Shown here: positions 1-9,863 of the stretch, piece by piece | Layout: the number at the start of each line of letters is the position of its first letter | How positions within the stretch are numbered: position 1 is the first letter of the stretch | NCBI GenBank assembly: GCA_947448675.1 | Contig: CANFOR010000001.1 | Location: forward strand, 1-48,936 | Origin: Betaproteobacteria bacterium | GTDB lineage: Bacteria > Pseudomonadota > Gammaproteobacteria > Burkholderiales > Burkholderiaceae_C | Reading direction: 5' to 3' | Length of the DNA: 48,936 nt | Made by a program: the position numbers and the translations under genes | The notes under the pieces: model-generated | Told to the model about the DNA's origin: nothing | Database searches by the model: none | The model's input: only the letters and a program-made list of their open reading frames with translations

Positions 1-1041
1 CGGCACTTGCATGTAGCATGCAAAGAGCGTTCGCACCATCTGCTGTGCGGTGCTGGTGTTGCGCATGACGTCAGGGTGGCGATGTAGATTTTGTAGCAAG
101 AAACGCTTGAGCTGTGCGCTTTGCGCGCCCATTTGCTCACTAAAGACCACCAGCACGCCAGCTTGGCGCGCGGCGTTTGCATTCTGTGGCGCGGCTTGCG
201 TTAAGCGCTGGCGGGTAGCGGCAATCACGTCGTGCACCATGCTGCTGAGCATGCGGCGAATGCTCTCGTAGAGCACGCGCCTGCCTTGTGTCTCTAAGGC
301 CAAATGCGGGAACTCTTGCAGGGCTTGTTGGCGGTAGCCTTCAAACAAAGGCACCTCTTTTAATTGCTCCAGGCTGAGAAGGCCAGAGCGTACACCGTCG
401 TCAATGTCATGGGCGTTGTAGGCAATTTCGTCCGCCAAATTGCACAACTGCGCTTCCAGGCTGGGCTGGGTACCGTCTATAAAACGTCGCCCAAGGCCGC
501 CTGGCTCAGCCTGCTCTAATAGCAAGGCATTGCGGCGTGCGCAGTGCTTCAAAATGCCCTCGCGGCTCTCAAAACTCAGGTTCAAACCAGGGTGGCTGGG
601 ATAGCGCAGCTCCAGCGCGTCGACCACGCGCAGGCTTTGCAGGTTGTGCTCAAAACCGCCGTAGTCGCGCATGCAGTCGTTCAAGGCGTCTTGCCCCGCA
701 TGGCCAAAGGGCGTGTGGCCCAGGTCGTGGGCCAGGGCGATGGCTTCGACAAGGTCTTCGTTCAGTGCCAAAGCGCGGGCAATCGAGCGGCCTAATTGCG
801 CCACCTCTAGTGAATGGGTCAGGCGGGTGCGAAACAAGTCACCCTCGTGGTTTAAGAAAACCTGGGTCTTGTACACCAAGCGCCGAAAAGCGCTGGAATG
901 CACAATGCGGTCGCGGTCGCGCTGGTATTCACCCCGAAACTCTAAACCAGCGCCCTCGCCCGCTTGGGGGCTTGGGGCGTCTGCCAAGGGGTATTTGCGC
1001 CCCCGGCTCTGGGCTGGGTCGCTGGCATAGCTAGCCAGCAT
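1..1041 (-). CDS. dgt: dGTP triphosphohydrolase-like HD-domain protein (C-terminus cut by window edge)
   Basis: Absent from the ORF track because no stop codon lies in the window. My translation of the minus strand from the ATG at 1041 gives [17 protein letters not shown]...[29 protein letters not shown]...[21 protein letters not shown]...[17 protein letters not shown], the HD-domain dGTPase signature. The start overlaps the aroB stop by 11 nt. Confidence 0.85.
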   Translation of the reverse strand, partial: MLASYASDPAQSRGRKYPLADAPSPQAGEGAGLEFRGEYQRDRDRIVHSSAFRRLVYKTQVFLNHEGDLFRTRLTHSLEVAQLGRSIARALALNEDLVEAIALAHDLGHTPFGHAGQDALNDCMRDYGGFEHNLQSLRVVDALELRYPSHPGLNLSFESREGILKHCARRNALLLEQAEPGGLGRRFIDGTQPSLEAQLCNLADEIAYNAHDIDDGVRSGLLSLEQLKEVPLFEGYRQQALQEFPHLALETQGRRVLYESIRRMLSSMVHDVIAATRQRLTQAAPQNANAARQAGVLVVFSEQMGAQSAQLKRFLLQNLHRHPDVMRNTSTAQQMVRTLFACYMQVP

Positions 1042-2137
1042 GGCAGCAGACGTCTATCACCTCGCGCACCAGGGCATCTGGTGCGCTGCGCATGACGGCT
1101 TGGCCAGGCGCGTTAATCAGCACAAAACGCATCTCTCCGCCCTCGGCTTTTTTGTCAACGCGCATATGGTGCAGGTATTCGTCTGCACCCAGCAACGGCC
1201 CGACCACAGGCAAACCCGCACGGGAAATGAGCTGCTTGAGCCGCGCCACAAAAGTGGCGTCTACCAAACCCAAACGCCGCGACAGCTCAGCCGCCATGAC
1301 CATGCCGCAACCCACGGCCTCGCCGTGCAACCAAACGCCAAAACCCAAACCCGCCTCGATGGCGTGGCCAAAAGTGTGGCCAAAATTCAAAATAGCGCGC
1401 AAGCCCGACTCACGCTCGTCTTGTCCCACCACATGGGCTTTGATCTCGCACGAGCGCTGCACCGCATAGGCCAAGGCCTCGGGCTGGCGAGCCAACAACG
1501 CGGGTAAGTTGGCCTCGATCCAGTCGAAAAACACCATGTCGACAATCGGACCGTATTTGATGATTTCGGCCAAGCCTGCACTCATCTCGCGCGGCGGTAA
1601 AGTTTGCAGGGTGTCTAAGTCGGCCACTACCATCAGCGGCTGGTAAAACGCGCCCACCATGTTCTTGCCTAAGGGGTGGTTAATGGCCGTTTTGCCGCCA
1701 ACCGATGAGTCCACCTGCGCTAGCAGCGTAGTGGGCACTTGCACAAAGGGCACACCGCGCATATAACAGGCCGCGGCAAAGCCAGCAATGTCGCCCACAA
1801 CGCCTCCGCCCAGCGCAAAGAGCAGTGTTTTGCGGTCGCAGCCTTGGGCCAAGAGCAGGTCGAAAATGCTCTGCAGGTTGGCCCAGTCTTTATGCGCCTC
1901 TCCATCGGGCAAGGCCAGCTCCAACACGCGGCTAAAACGCCCGGCAATGGCGGTTTTCAGCTGCGCGGCGTACAAAGGCTGAACCGTGGTGTTGGTGACA
2001 ACCACCGCTGTGGTGGCCTTGGGCAGGCCAGCCCAGGTGTCAACGCGGCCCAGCAGGCCACTGCCAATGCGGATGGCGTAGCTTCGCTCTGCCAAGGCTA
2101 TAGAAACGGTACGAAAAGGGGAAATGGGTGCTTGCAT
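1031..2137 (-). CDS. aroB: 3-dehydroquinate synthase
   Basis: 368-aa ORF with GGGVVGD (NAD binding) and [11 protein letters not shown]...HGEAV metal-binding motifs. Sits directly downstream of aroK. Confidence 0.95.
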   Translation of the reverse strand: MQAPISPFRTVSIALAERSYAIRIGSGLLGRVDTWAGLPKATTAVVVTNTTVQPLYAAQLKTAIAGRFSRVLELALPDGEAHKDWANLQSIFDLLLAQGCDRKTLLFALGGGVVGDIAGFAAACYMRGVPFVQVPTTLLAQVDSSVGGKTAINHPLGKNMVGAFYQPLMVVADLDTLQTLPPREMSAGLAEIIKYGPIVDMVFFDWIEANLPALLARQPEALAYAVQRSCEIKAHVVGQDERESGLRAILNFGHTFGHAIEAGLGFGVWLHGEAVGCGMVMAAELSRRLGLVDATFVARLKQLISRAGLPVVGPLLGADEYLHHMRVDKKAEGGEMRFVLINAPGQAVMRSAPDALVREVIDVCCHAG

Positions 2138-2154
2138 AGCCCCAAGTGTAGAGC

Positions 2155-2694
2155 CTAGTGCGGGCTGTTCAGGGGCACGCCCGCCAGCTCGAGCTGCGCC
2201 ACAATCAGGTTGACCAAACTGGCCACTGAAGGGCGGCCCGTTTCAACGACAAAATGCGCGGTTTCGCGGTAAAGCGGGTCGCGCACTTCAAACAAGTCGC
2301 GCAGGCGGGTCAAGGGGTTGCTCACCTGCAAAAGCGGACGGTTTTGGTCGTGCCGCAAGCGCCGAAACACTTCTTCAGGGTTGGAGCGCAAATACACCAC
2401 ATGGCCGCGCTCGCGCAGGTGTTGGCGGTTCAAAGGCCTCAGCACCGCGCCGCCCCCGGTAGACAAAACCCCCGTATGAGAGAGCGTGAGCTCGTCAATC
2501 AGCTGCTGCTCAATATTGCGAAAAGCCTCTTCGCCTTCGCGCTCAAAATACTCGCGAATCGAGCAACCCAGGCGCTGCTCAATGGCAGGGTCTGAATCGA
2601 CAAAAGCCAAATTCAGCCTGCGCGCGAGTTGGCGACCAACTGTAGTTTTTCCGGAGCCGGGGAGGCCGACGAGTGAAATACGTGCAAGAGACAC
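2155..2694 (-). CDS. aroK: shikimate kinase
   Basis: 179-aa ORF with GTG start and P-loop [13 protein letters not shown]. The size and aroK-aroB order are typical. Confidence 0.93.
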   Translation of the reverse strand: MSLARISLVGLPGSGKTTVGRQLARRLNLAFVDSDPAIEQRLGCSIREYFEREGEEAFRNIEQQLIDELTLSHTGVLSTGGGAVLRPLNRQHLRERGHVVYLRSNPEEVFRRLRHDQNRPLLQVSNPLTRLRDLFEVRDPLYRETAHFVVETGRPSVASLVNLIVAQLELAGVPLNSPH

Positions 2695-4422
2695 TTAATT
2701 GGGATCAATGCAGCGGCCAGTCCCATAAGGTGGCGTCAAGAAAGAGCCGTTAGCTACATCAGCAGCCAAAATGTCTGTGATGTAGCTTTTCTCTGTAAGG
2801 CCCTCTGAACCAGCAACACTAGTAGTAGCACGCACCGTGTAGGCGAGCCATGTTCCAACATTTTGTCCATAGAAGACTTGCACAAGTAGTTGGCCATTGT
2901 TGTCTGTAACATTACCGTTCACATAGGCAAGAACAATTTCTGCTTTGCTAGGCTCCAGCTTGCCATTGACGTTTAGATCCTCTCCAGAATCCAAGAAACC
3001 ATTTCTATTGGCATCTTCATTCAAACACCAAATTCTTCCGGCTGCTGTAGTAGCTGTAGTAGAAAATGTATTCGTATAGGTATTAATGATACTCGGTGGA
3101 ATACCACCCGTTATTTGGTAAGAGGGCGTGCCAGTAAAAAGGCCCTTCCCGTAATGTGTAATATCTACACTAGCAGAGACAACAGCGCCAACCGAAGCAT
3201 TACCAGCTGCATCGTTTACTTGAATTAAGAACTGCTTAATGTAACCAATTCCACCAAGCCCGACTCCGAGCTTATTATTATCAGAAATTGAAATCCCTAA
3301 GGGTGTACCTGCAACGGTTAAGTTTGCGTAAACGCTGTTTGGGCAATCTGCTATTGAAGTAAAGTCTGTAGACTTATAACACACCCGAACCGTTACACCA
3401 TTTGTAGGGCTGCTTCTTGTTCCAGCGATGTAATCTGCGGTTGCAACACCACTCGCATCACTGTACACCGTTGCATCGCCGGTAGAAATAGCCTCGCCAC
3501 TGCCCAGTGCAGGGGGCACTATCTCAAAACGAACTCGCATGTTAGGTATGGTGATATTTCCGGTGGTCAAAAATTTAGCAATAAGTTTTGCGCGGTTGGT
3601 AGTAGCACCAATCGCGTTTGGACTAACTTGCGTTGGCAGCGAACTCAGGGAAGCAGAACTAACTGCACCAACAGCCGCTGGAATGCTGCTGCTACCCGCA
3701 GTAGCCACTTGAATGACTTTTGTTACCGACACACCGGCACCAGTGGCAATTACCGTGTATGACCCTTGCGCGCTAGGTGCCAGAAAAGAAATGACAGCAT
3801 TACCCGCAGAGTCTGTAGTAACTGTGCCCGTGGCACCCGCTGTGCCGGCCAGTGTAAGCAAAGCAGCTTGAATTGCATTCAAGGCGCTGTCTTGGGCACT
3901 TAAATTCACAGTTACGAGCTGCCCGGGTGTTGGGGTAGCAGGTACCGCAACGAGGGTTAACTGCGAACCAGTGACGTTAATGGATGCAACTTTGCTTTTA
4001 CCGTTAACAGTTACCGTAGCATTAATTACACGATTGGTCTTGACTCCACCAGTTGTCACAACACCACTGTATTTACCAGTTGCGTCTGTCGTCGAGCCCG
4101 CAGTAGGTGTGAACACACCGTCAGTGTCCAATGCAACTGAAACCGATGCCCCGCCGACCACGTTTTTGGAAGCATCGAGCGTCGTAACGATTAACGTCGA
4201 TTTGTCAGTTCCACTGTTATTAATGGATGTTTTGTCAAGCTGAAAAATGAAATCACTAACTGACGAAGATGCTGGCGTAACGACCGCCGTACCTGTCATA
4301 GAACCCGTACTAGTCGTAGTCCCTGTAGTCCCAACTGGTGTACCCGCATTACCGCCACCGGCACCACAGGCTGCCAAAACAGCGCCAAAACCGAGCACGG
4401 CAAGTATTTGAGTGATTTTCAT
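2695..4422 (-). CDS. Predicted lipoprotein with several bacterial Ig-like (Big_1/invasin-type) repeats; function unknown
   Basis: 575-aa ORF. N-terminus MKITQILAVLGFGAVLAAC|G is a signal peptide plus lipobox, followed by a T/S/G-rich linker. There are repeated beta-rich segments of the form 'vtvt..D..gN.v.g..V......G......ttD..G.a...vt...g', two Cys pairs, and the acidic loop NEDANRNGFLDSGEDLNVNG. G+C is much lower than in neighbouring genes. The stop codon abuts the aroK GTG start. Confidence 0.75.
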   Translation of the reverse strand: MKITQILAVLGFGAVLAACGAGGGNAGTPVGTTGTTTSTGSMTGTAVVTPASSSVSDFIFQLDKTSINNSGTDKSTLIVTTLDASKNVVGGASVSVALDTDGVFTPTAGSTTDATGKYSGVVTTGGVKTNRVINATVTVNGKSKVASINVTGSQLTLVAVPATPTPGQLVTVNLSAQDSALNAIQAALLTLAGTAGATGTVTTDSAGNAVISFLAPSAQGSYTVIATGAGVSVTKVIQVATAGSSSIPAAVGAVSSASLSSLPTQVSPNAIGATTNRAKLIAKFLTTGNITIPNMRVRFEIVPPALGSGEAISTGDATVYSDASGVATADYIAGTRSSPTNGVTVRVCYKSTDFTSIADCPNSVYANLTVAGTPLGISISDNNKLGVGLGGIGYIKQFLIQVNDAAGNASVGAVVSASVDITHYGKGLFTGTPSYQITGGIPPSIINTYTNTFSTTATTAAGRIWCLNEDANRNGFLDSGEDLNVNGKLEPSKAEIVLAYVNGNVTDNNGQLLVQVFYGQNVGTWLAYTVRATTSVAGSEGLTEKSYITDILAADVANGSFLTPPYGTGRCIDPN

Positions 4423-4458
4423 GTTCCGCTTCCTACAGCCAGATAAATTAACGCAGCG

Positions 4459-6612
4459 TTAACGTGCAGCGGCACGATCAGACACCATTTTGGGGGTGAT
4501 GAAAACCAAGGTTTCGGTTTTAGCAGCAGTTTTAGAGCGCGACTTAAACAGGTTACCTAATACAGGAATATCGCCCAACAAGGGGACGCGAGTTTCAGAG
4601 TCGGTTTCGTTCTGGGTGTATATGCCGCCTATAACCACGGTACCACCGTTCTCGACCAGCACCTGGGTTTTAATGTGTTTGGTGTCAATGGCAAAGCCTG
4701 CGGCGGTAGCTTGTCCAACGGTGTCTTTGTTCACGTCAAGGTCTAAAATAATATTGCCTTCGGGCGTGATCTGCGGCGTTACGGAAAGGCTCAAATTAGC
4801 TTTACGGAATGCAATGGAGGTTGCGCCACTTGATGTAGCCACCTGGTAGGGCAGTTCAGTACCCTGCTCGATCAAAGCTTTGCTTTGGTCGGCGGTAATA
4901 ATGCGCGGGCTCGACACCACTTTAATTTTGCCGTCTGCCTCTAGCGCAGAAATTTCTAAGTTCAAAAAGCGGTTTGCGGCAGAGCCAAAGAGCGACAGCG
5001 CAATGGTAGCCGGGTTGTAGCCGTTTTGCCCAGCGCCGGGTAGGTTGACGAAATTACCCGTTGTGTCTACCGTGCCGCCTTGCGAATTGGTTGCCACCAC
5101 GTTGCCGTAGCTGGTTCCAAAGGCCACACGGTTATTACCACCCAAGGAATAACCGGGCACGCCGCCTTGTTGACCTCGCAAATCTGTGCCGCCTAGGCGC
5201 ACACCCAATGAACGCCCAAAGGTGTCAGAGGCCTCCACAATGCGGGCCTCAATCAGTACTTGGCGCACTGCAATGTCTAACTTAGCGAGCATGGCTTGCA
5301 CTTGCTCTAGTTTTGCGGCGATATCAGTTACGAAGATTTGGTTGGTGCGCGGCTCGGCAATTACGCTACCGCGCGGCGAAAGAATACGCGCACTGTTTTG
5401 CACACTGCTGCCCACGCCATTGCTGGTGAGTTGTACGGCAATTTCTGCTGCCTTTGTATAGTTCAACTGGAAGGCCTGGGTACGCAAAGGCTCCAGGCCT
5501 TGCAATGCGTTGCGCGACTCTAATTCGAGCTTTTCTTTGCTGGCAATTTCATCTTTTGGTGCAATCCAGAGAACATTGCCAGACTTGCGCATTCCCAGGC
5601 CTTTGGCTTGCAGAATAATGTCGAGCGCTTGGTCCCACGGCACGTCCTTCAAGCGCAAAGTCACTGCGCCGCTGACGGAGTCTGAGGTCACGACGTTAAA
5701 GTTGGTGAAGTCTGCTATAACTTGCAGCAAAGAGCGCACTTCAATGTTTTGGAAATTGAGCGAAAGTTTTTCACCGCCATAACCAGCGCCTTGGGTAAGC
5801 TTGGACGCATCGATTTTTTGCGCACGCACTTCTAAAACAAACTGGTTGTCGCTTTGGTAGGCACTGTGCTCCCACTGGCCTTTGGGCTCGACCACCATGC
5901 GTACGCGGTCACCAGCTTGGAAAGTGGTCACGGTTTGGATCGGCGTGCCAAAGTCAGACACATCTAATTTGCGACGCAAGCCCTCGGGCAAGGAAGTGCG
6001 TAAAAACTCGATGACTAAGTTTTGGCCTTGCTGGCGAATGTCTACGCCCACTTGGTTATTGGCCAAATCCACCACCACACGGCCACTGGACTCCGCACCG
6101 CGGCGAAAATCAATGTCTTTTAAAGGCAACGTCTCTCGGTTGCGACTTTCTGCAAAAACTGCAGGCACCGACGACGAAGGCGCTACCGAGCTTGTTGCTT
6201 GGGCTACCGCCAAGGGGTCAAGTGTGATCAACAATGACTTGCCTTGGATTTCTGCTTTGTAAGCTGTAGCTTGCTTGAGGTTCAACACCAAGCGGGTACG
6301 CTCACCTGCTTGCACGACGTTGGCAGACTTGAGGTTGCCTTGGTTCATGTCGACAGTTGATTTGCCGGTGTTATTGGTGATTCCCGGAAAGTCTAAGGCA
6401 ATACGTGCTGGCGACTGAATGCTAAAGCCAGCTGGTACCGCAGCAAGGGGCTGGGCCAAGTCAATGCGCACTACTTCGACCCCACCTTGAATTGAAGCCG
6501 CTACAGCTTCTATAGCATTTTGGGCATATACAAAGCCCGTCTGGAGCACAAAGCCCAGCGCCAAAAAACCGGTTCTTAGCACTTGGCGATTAAGCCGTGG
6601 ATGCTTGTTCAT
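4459..6612 (-). CDS. pilQ: type IV pilus secretin PilQ
   Basis: Tandem AMIN-like N-terminal repeats and a C-terminal secretin domain (...VPLLGDIPVLGNLFK...ETLVFITPKMV). I prefer the ATG at 6612 (MNKHPRL..., ATGA overlap with the pilP stop) over the ORF-track start at 6657. Confidence 0.93.
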   Translation of the reverse strand: MNKHPRLNRQVLRTGFLALGFVLQTGFVYAQNAIEAVAASIQGGVEVVRIDLAQPLAAVPAGFSIQSPARIALDFPGITNNTGKSTVDMNQGNLKSANVVQAGERTRLVLNLKQATAYKAEIQGKSLLITLDPLAVAQATSSVAPSSSVPAVFAESRNRETLPLKDIDFRRGAESSGRVVVDLANNQVGVDIRQQGQNLVIEFLRTSLPEGLRRKLDVSDFGTPIQTVTTFQAGDRVRMVVEPKGQWEHSAYQSDNQFVLEVRAQKIDASKLTQGAGYGGEKLSLNFQNIEVRSLLQVIADFTNFNVVTSDSVSGAVTLRLKDVPWDQALDIILQAKGLGMRKSGNVLWIAPKDEIASKEKLELESRNALQGLEPLRTQAFQLNYTKAAEIAVQLTSNGVGSSVQNSARILSPRGSVIAEPRTNQIFVTDIAAKLEQVQAMLAKLDIAVRQVLIEARIVEASDTFGRSLGVRLGGTDLRGQQGGVPGYSLGGNNRVAFGTSYGNVVATNSQGGTVDTTGNFVNLPGAGQNGYNPATIALSLFGSAANRFLNLEISALEADGKIKVVSSPRIITADQSKALIEQGTELPYQVATSSGATSIAFRKANLSLSVTPQITPEGNIILDLDVNKDTVGQATAAGFAIDTKHIKTQVLVENGGTVVIGGIYTQNETDSETRVPLLGDIPVLGNLFKSRSKTAAKTETLVFITPKMVSDRAAAR

Positions 6613-7163
6613 TTTGACCTCTCTTGAAGCTGCAAGCTTGCAACGCGTTCTATCCATTCACCTGCTGCGTCCTGCACGATTTCACGCAAAGCAACTTCGG
6701 TTTCAGTAATTTTGGTAATGCGGCCATAGTTCAGACCAAGGTAGCTGCCCAGTTTGACCTGGTAGAGCAAGCTATCAATGCGTACCAAGGCCACGGGCTG
6801 GTTGGTTTGCATCATGGTGCCAACCATGGACATAGTGTCTAAGGGGTATGCCTCTAGCGGCTCTTTGCGGCGATTCAACTCTGGTGCCACCAAAGCCGCA
6901 TTGGATGTGGTGAGATTATTGGAGTCTCGCTTTAAAGCTTGGGTTAATTTTTGGCTGCTAAAAGGCTCCACCAAACCATCTTGGGTATAAGCCTTAGGCG
7001 CGAATTTTTTAGGCTCTGAAATTGGGCTGATCTTTGGCTTCGTGAGGTTACGCTGCTCGGTCATCCAAGACTGCAAACCCTCTTGCTCGGAGCCATTGCA
7101 AGCCGACAGCGCAAAAGCAGCCAGCAAGATCGCTCCCAATAAGGCAATTGTGCGCAGCATCAT
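6609..7163 (-). CDS. pilP: type IV pilus assembly lipoprotein PilP
   Basis: 184 aa with lipoprotein signal LLAAFALSAC. Position between pilO and pilQ. Start and stop overlap the neighbouring genes. Confidence 0.85.
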   Translation of the reverse strand: MMLRTIALLGAILLAAFALSACNGSEQEGLQSWMTEQRNLTKPKISPISEPKKFAPKAYTQDGLVEPFSSQKLTQALKRDSNNLTTSNAALVAPELNRRKEPLEAYPLDTMSMVGTMMQTNQPVALVRIDSLLYQVKLGSYLGLNYGRITKITETEVALREIVQDAAGEWIERVASLQLQERSK

Positions 7164-7828
7164 TTCTTGGCTCCCGGAACCGCTTTACGCTGTGCGGCCA
7201 CTTCATCAGCATCCAGATAGCGGAAGGTTTTAGCGGTGGCGTCCATCGCCAAAGTGCCGTCTTTTACAGGTCCGATAGAGAGGTTGTTCAAAGTGACAAT
7301 GCGCGACAGATTGGCAATGTCAGATGCAAAAGCACCAATATCGTGGTAGCGACCCGTAACGCGCAGAGCAATGGGCAACTCTGCGTAGTACTCTTTCACA
7401 CTCACAGAACCCGGACGAAAAGATTCAAACAGCAGGCTGCGACCAAGCCCAGCTTGGTTAATGTCAGACAGCAAAGCATCCATTTCGGCTTTACTGGGCA
7501 ATTGCTTTTCGAGCTGCGTAACGTACTGCTGCACTTGCTCGCGCTGTTTGCGCAATGCGTCGAGATTGACAGCTTGCGCTAATTTTTTCTTGTAGTCTTC
7601 GCGCAGTCCAACTTCTTTGGTTTGCTCAGTTTTGAATTCTTCATCAGAGTTACTGAGCCAGACAAACCATAGTGCCGCCAGCACGGCCAGAGTTACCGCT
7701 ACACACAGCAAATAACGCGGTAGCGCTGGCCACGAGGGCGGATCGTTAGGGTTTAAATTTTTGAATTGCGCTTGCAGTTTTTCCTGCAGCGCGGCAGTGT
7801 TTACATTCAATTTGGGAACGGTAGCCAT
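7160..7828 (-). CDS. pilO: type IV pilus inner-membrane alignment protein PilO
   Basis: 222 aa with a single N-terminal TM helix followed by a coiled-coil. Position in the pilMNOPQ order. Confidence 0.85.
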   Translation of the reverse strand: MATVPKLNVNTAALQEKLQAQFKNLNPNDPPSWPALPRYLLCVAVTLAVLAALWFVWLSNSDEEFKTEQTKEVGLREDYKKKLAQAVNLDALRKQREQVQQYVTQLEKQLPSKAEMDALLSDINQAGLGRSLLFESFRPGSVSVKEYYAELPIALRVTGRYHDIGAFASDIANLSRIVTLNNLSIGPVKDGTLAMDATAKTFRYLDADEVAAQRKAVPGAKK

Positions 7829-7841
7829 GGAATATGTCCGT

Positions 7842-8495
7842 TCAAACTTTTTTAGGCGCCATTGCTGCAGAAGCAGGTGCCACGGGTTGCACTACAGCGG
7901 GAGCGCTGGCTCCCGTGGCTGGGTTCAAAGCCTCGCTGGCCCTGCGCAAACCAACGCGAATCGAGAAATTGGCAACGCGCCTTTGGTCGCGCGCCGTCAC
8001 CGCCACATTACTGGCCACAATTTCTACCAACTCAGGTCGTGTCATCCAAGGGCTGTTATTAGCCAAATTGCGCAGCAACTCTGAAACCCGCTCGTTCGAT
8101 TGCGCCACACCCGCCATCAGAACGCTTTGATTCTCTTGTTTCATGCTGTTAATGTAGACACCATCGGGCAACTGCTTGGCAATTTCTTCTAACAGATACA
8201 CCGGCAAATTTCGGTCTGATTGCAAATCTTCTACCGCTTGCTGGCGAGCACGCAGTGCAGCAATTTCGTCTTGCAAGCCAGAAATGTCTTTAATTTGCGC
8301 TTCGAGTTTTTTAGTCTCCGTCAACAAATAAGCATTCCTTGCCTGTTGGCTAGAAATTTGCGCCTGATACCATGTGTAAATACCACCAGCCAGCAAACCG
8401 CCAAGCAAAGCAGCGGCACCCAAAGTAGCATAAAAGGTTTCACGTTTACGCTTGCGGGCAACCTCTCGGTGTGGCAATAGATTAATCAAGATCAC
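7842..8495 (-). CDS. pilN: type IV pilus assembly protein PilN
   Basis: Conserved N-terminus INLLPHRE followed by a TM helix. I prefer the GTG at 8495 (GTGA overlap with the pilM stop). The ORF track extends the ORF to 8525. Confidence 0.85.
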   Translation of the reverse strand: MILINLLPHREVARKRKRETFYATLGAAALLGGLLAGGIYTWYQAQISSQQARNAYLLTETKKLEAQIKDISGLQDEIAALRARQQAVEDLQSDRNLPVYLLEEIAKQLPDGVYINSMKQENQSVLMAGVAQSNERVSELLRNLANNSPWMTRPELVEIVASNVAVTARDQRRVANFSIRVGLRRASEALNPATGASAPAVVQPVAPASAAMAPKKV

Positions 8496-9571
8496 TGCAA
8501 GAACCTCCGCATGGCCAGGCCACAAGAGGTTAAATACGAGGCGGCTTCGCGGCGCATTTTATTTTCGCGCACATTGCCACCCATCTCCATGCCTTCAAAG
8601 GGATTGATAAGAGAACAGGCAAAAGATGTTTGCCCAGTCACCGCATCGGTCAAACCGGGCAAAGCGGCAGAGCCCCCTGCGAGCATGACGTAATCGACTT
8701 TGTTGTGCGGTGTACTGGTAAAAAAGAATTGCAGAGCGCGGGCGATCTCTTGGGCCATGCTCTCGACAAATGGGCGCAATACACTGGAGTCATAGTCTTC
8801 AGGCATATCCGCATTGCGCTTTTTGGTTTCGGCTTCTTCCGGTGAAAACCCATACTGGCGCACGATCAGTTGCGTCAATTGCGCACCGCCAAAAGCTTGG
8901 TCCCGGTCATACAGTACTTCGTCATTGCGAATTACCTGCATGCTGGTGGTCAATGCGCCCACCTCGAACAATGCAACGATGGTATCTTTGCCTTTATTGG
9001 GCAGGTTTTCGATCAAGCGCCCAGTGGCCAAGCGCGAGGCATAAGACTCCACATCAATGACCATGGGCTTGAGCCCCGCTGCTTCTGCCAAACCTTGGCG
9101 GTCTTGCACTTTCTCGCGGCGCGAAGCAGCAATCAACACCTCCACATCGCCAACCGAGGCTGCGCTGGGGCCCACCACGCAAAAATCTAGGCTCACTTCG
9201 TCCAGCGAGAAGGGAATGTATTGATTGGCTTCGGCTTCGACTTGAATTTCAAGCTCTTGCTCCGTCATGCCGCCAGGCAAAATAATCTTTTTGGTAATGA
9301 CCGCAGATGCAGGCAAGGCCATGGCTACGTTCTTCGTGCGTGTGCCACTTTTTTTGACCACTCGTCGAATAGCTTCGGCCACTTCGTCGAACTTTTCTAC
9401 ATTGCCGTCGGTGATCCATCCCCTCTCTAGGGGCTCAATGGCGCAACGCTCCAGCACCCAAGCGCCAGATTTGCTGTGGCTGAGTTCCACCAACTTAACG
9501 CTGGACGAGCTAATGTCCACGCCCAACAGGGCGGCCGGTTGCCGACTAAAAAGCGATCCCAAAGAGATCAA
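8492..9571 (-). CDS. pilM: type IV pilus assembly ATPase-like (actin-fold) protein PilM
   Basis: 359 aa, LGVDISSSSVKLVEL... actin-like fold. First gene of pilMNOPQ, divergent from the PBP1A gene. Confidence 0.93.
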   Translation of the reverse strand: MISLGSLFSRQPAALLGVDISSSSVKLVELSHSKSGAWVLERCAIEPLERGWITDGNVEKFDEVAEAIRRVVKKSGTRTKNVAMALPASAVITKKIILPGGMTEQELEIQVEAEANQYIPFSLDEVSLDFCVVGPSAASVGDVEVLIAASRREKVQDRQGLAEAAGLKPMVIDVESYASRLATGRLIENLPNKGKDTIVALFEVGALTTSMQVIRNDEVLYDRDQAFGGAQLTQLIVRQYGFSPEEAETKKRNADMPEDYDSSVLRPFVESMAQEIARALQFFFTSTPHNKVDYVMLAGGSAALPGLTDAVTGQTSFACSLINPFEGMEMGGNVRENKMRREAASYLTSCGLAMRRFLQ

Positions 9572-9863
9572 AGAGGTCCCCTAAAAAAGACAGTCCTGAG
9601 GCGCACCGCAGAGCCGATGGAACTTAAAGAAGTTGGTTCAATCCTATCAGTAAGTTGCTGTTGCTGCAAAGGTTTTTCCAACTTCAGCGGCTGCGCAACG
9701 TTGCCAAAAGCCTACGAACGCTACTCATAACGCTAGTATGCCATCATCAAAGTAGGCAGAAAATGCGCATTTCGGCGGAGTTTGCCTGCGCTTTGCGCCC
9801 GTTGCAGGCTCGAATTTTTATAATGGCCAGGCGCCGTTGACCTGGGCGTTTACGATTGCCCCC

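Noticed and set aside
9629-9685. 8-bp inverted repeat GAAGTTGG...CCAACTTC in the pilM/mrcA divergent region.
   Set aside because: The loop is 41 nt, there is no flanking U-run and no recognisable motif. It may be a regulator site or chance; there is not enough evidence to call an RNA or operator.
9802-9824. TATAAT hexamer (9819-9824) upstream of mrcA as a sigma-70 promoter, with TTGCAG at 9802-9807.
   Set aside because: The spacer between the two hexamers is only 11 nt. No acceptable -35 lies at 16-18 nt and there is no extended -10 TG. Not supportable as a promoter call from sequence alone.
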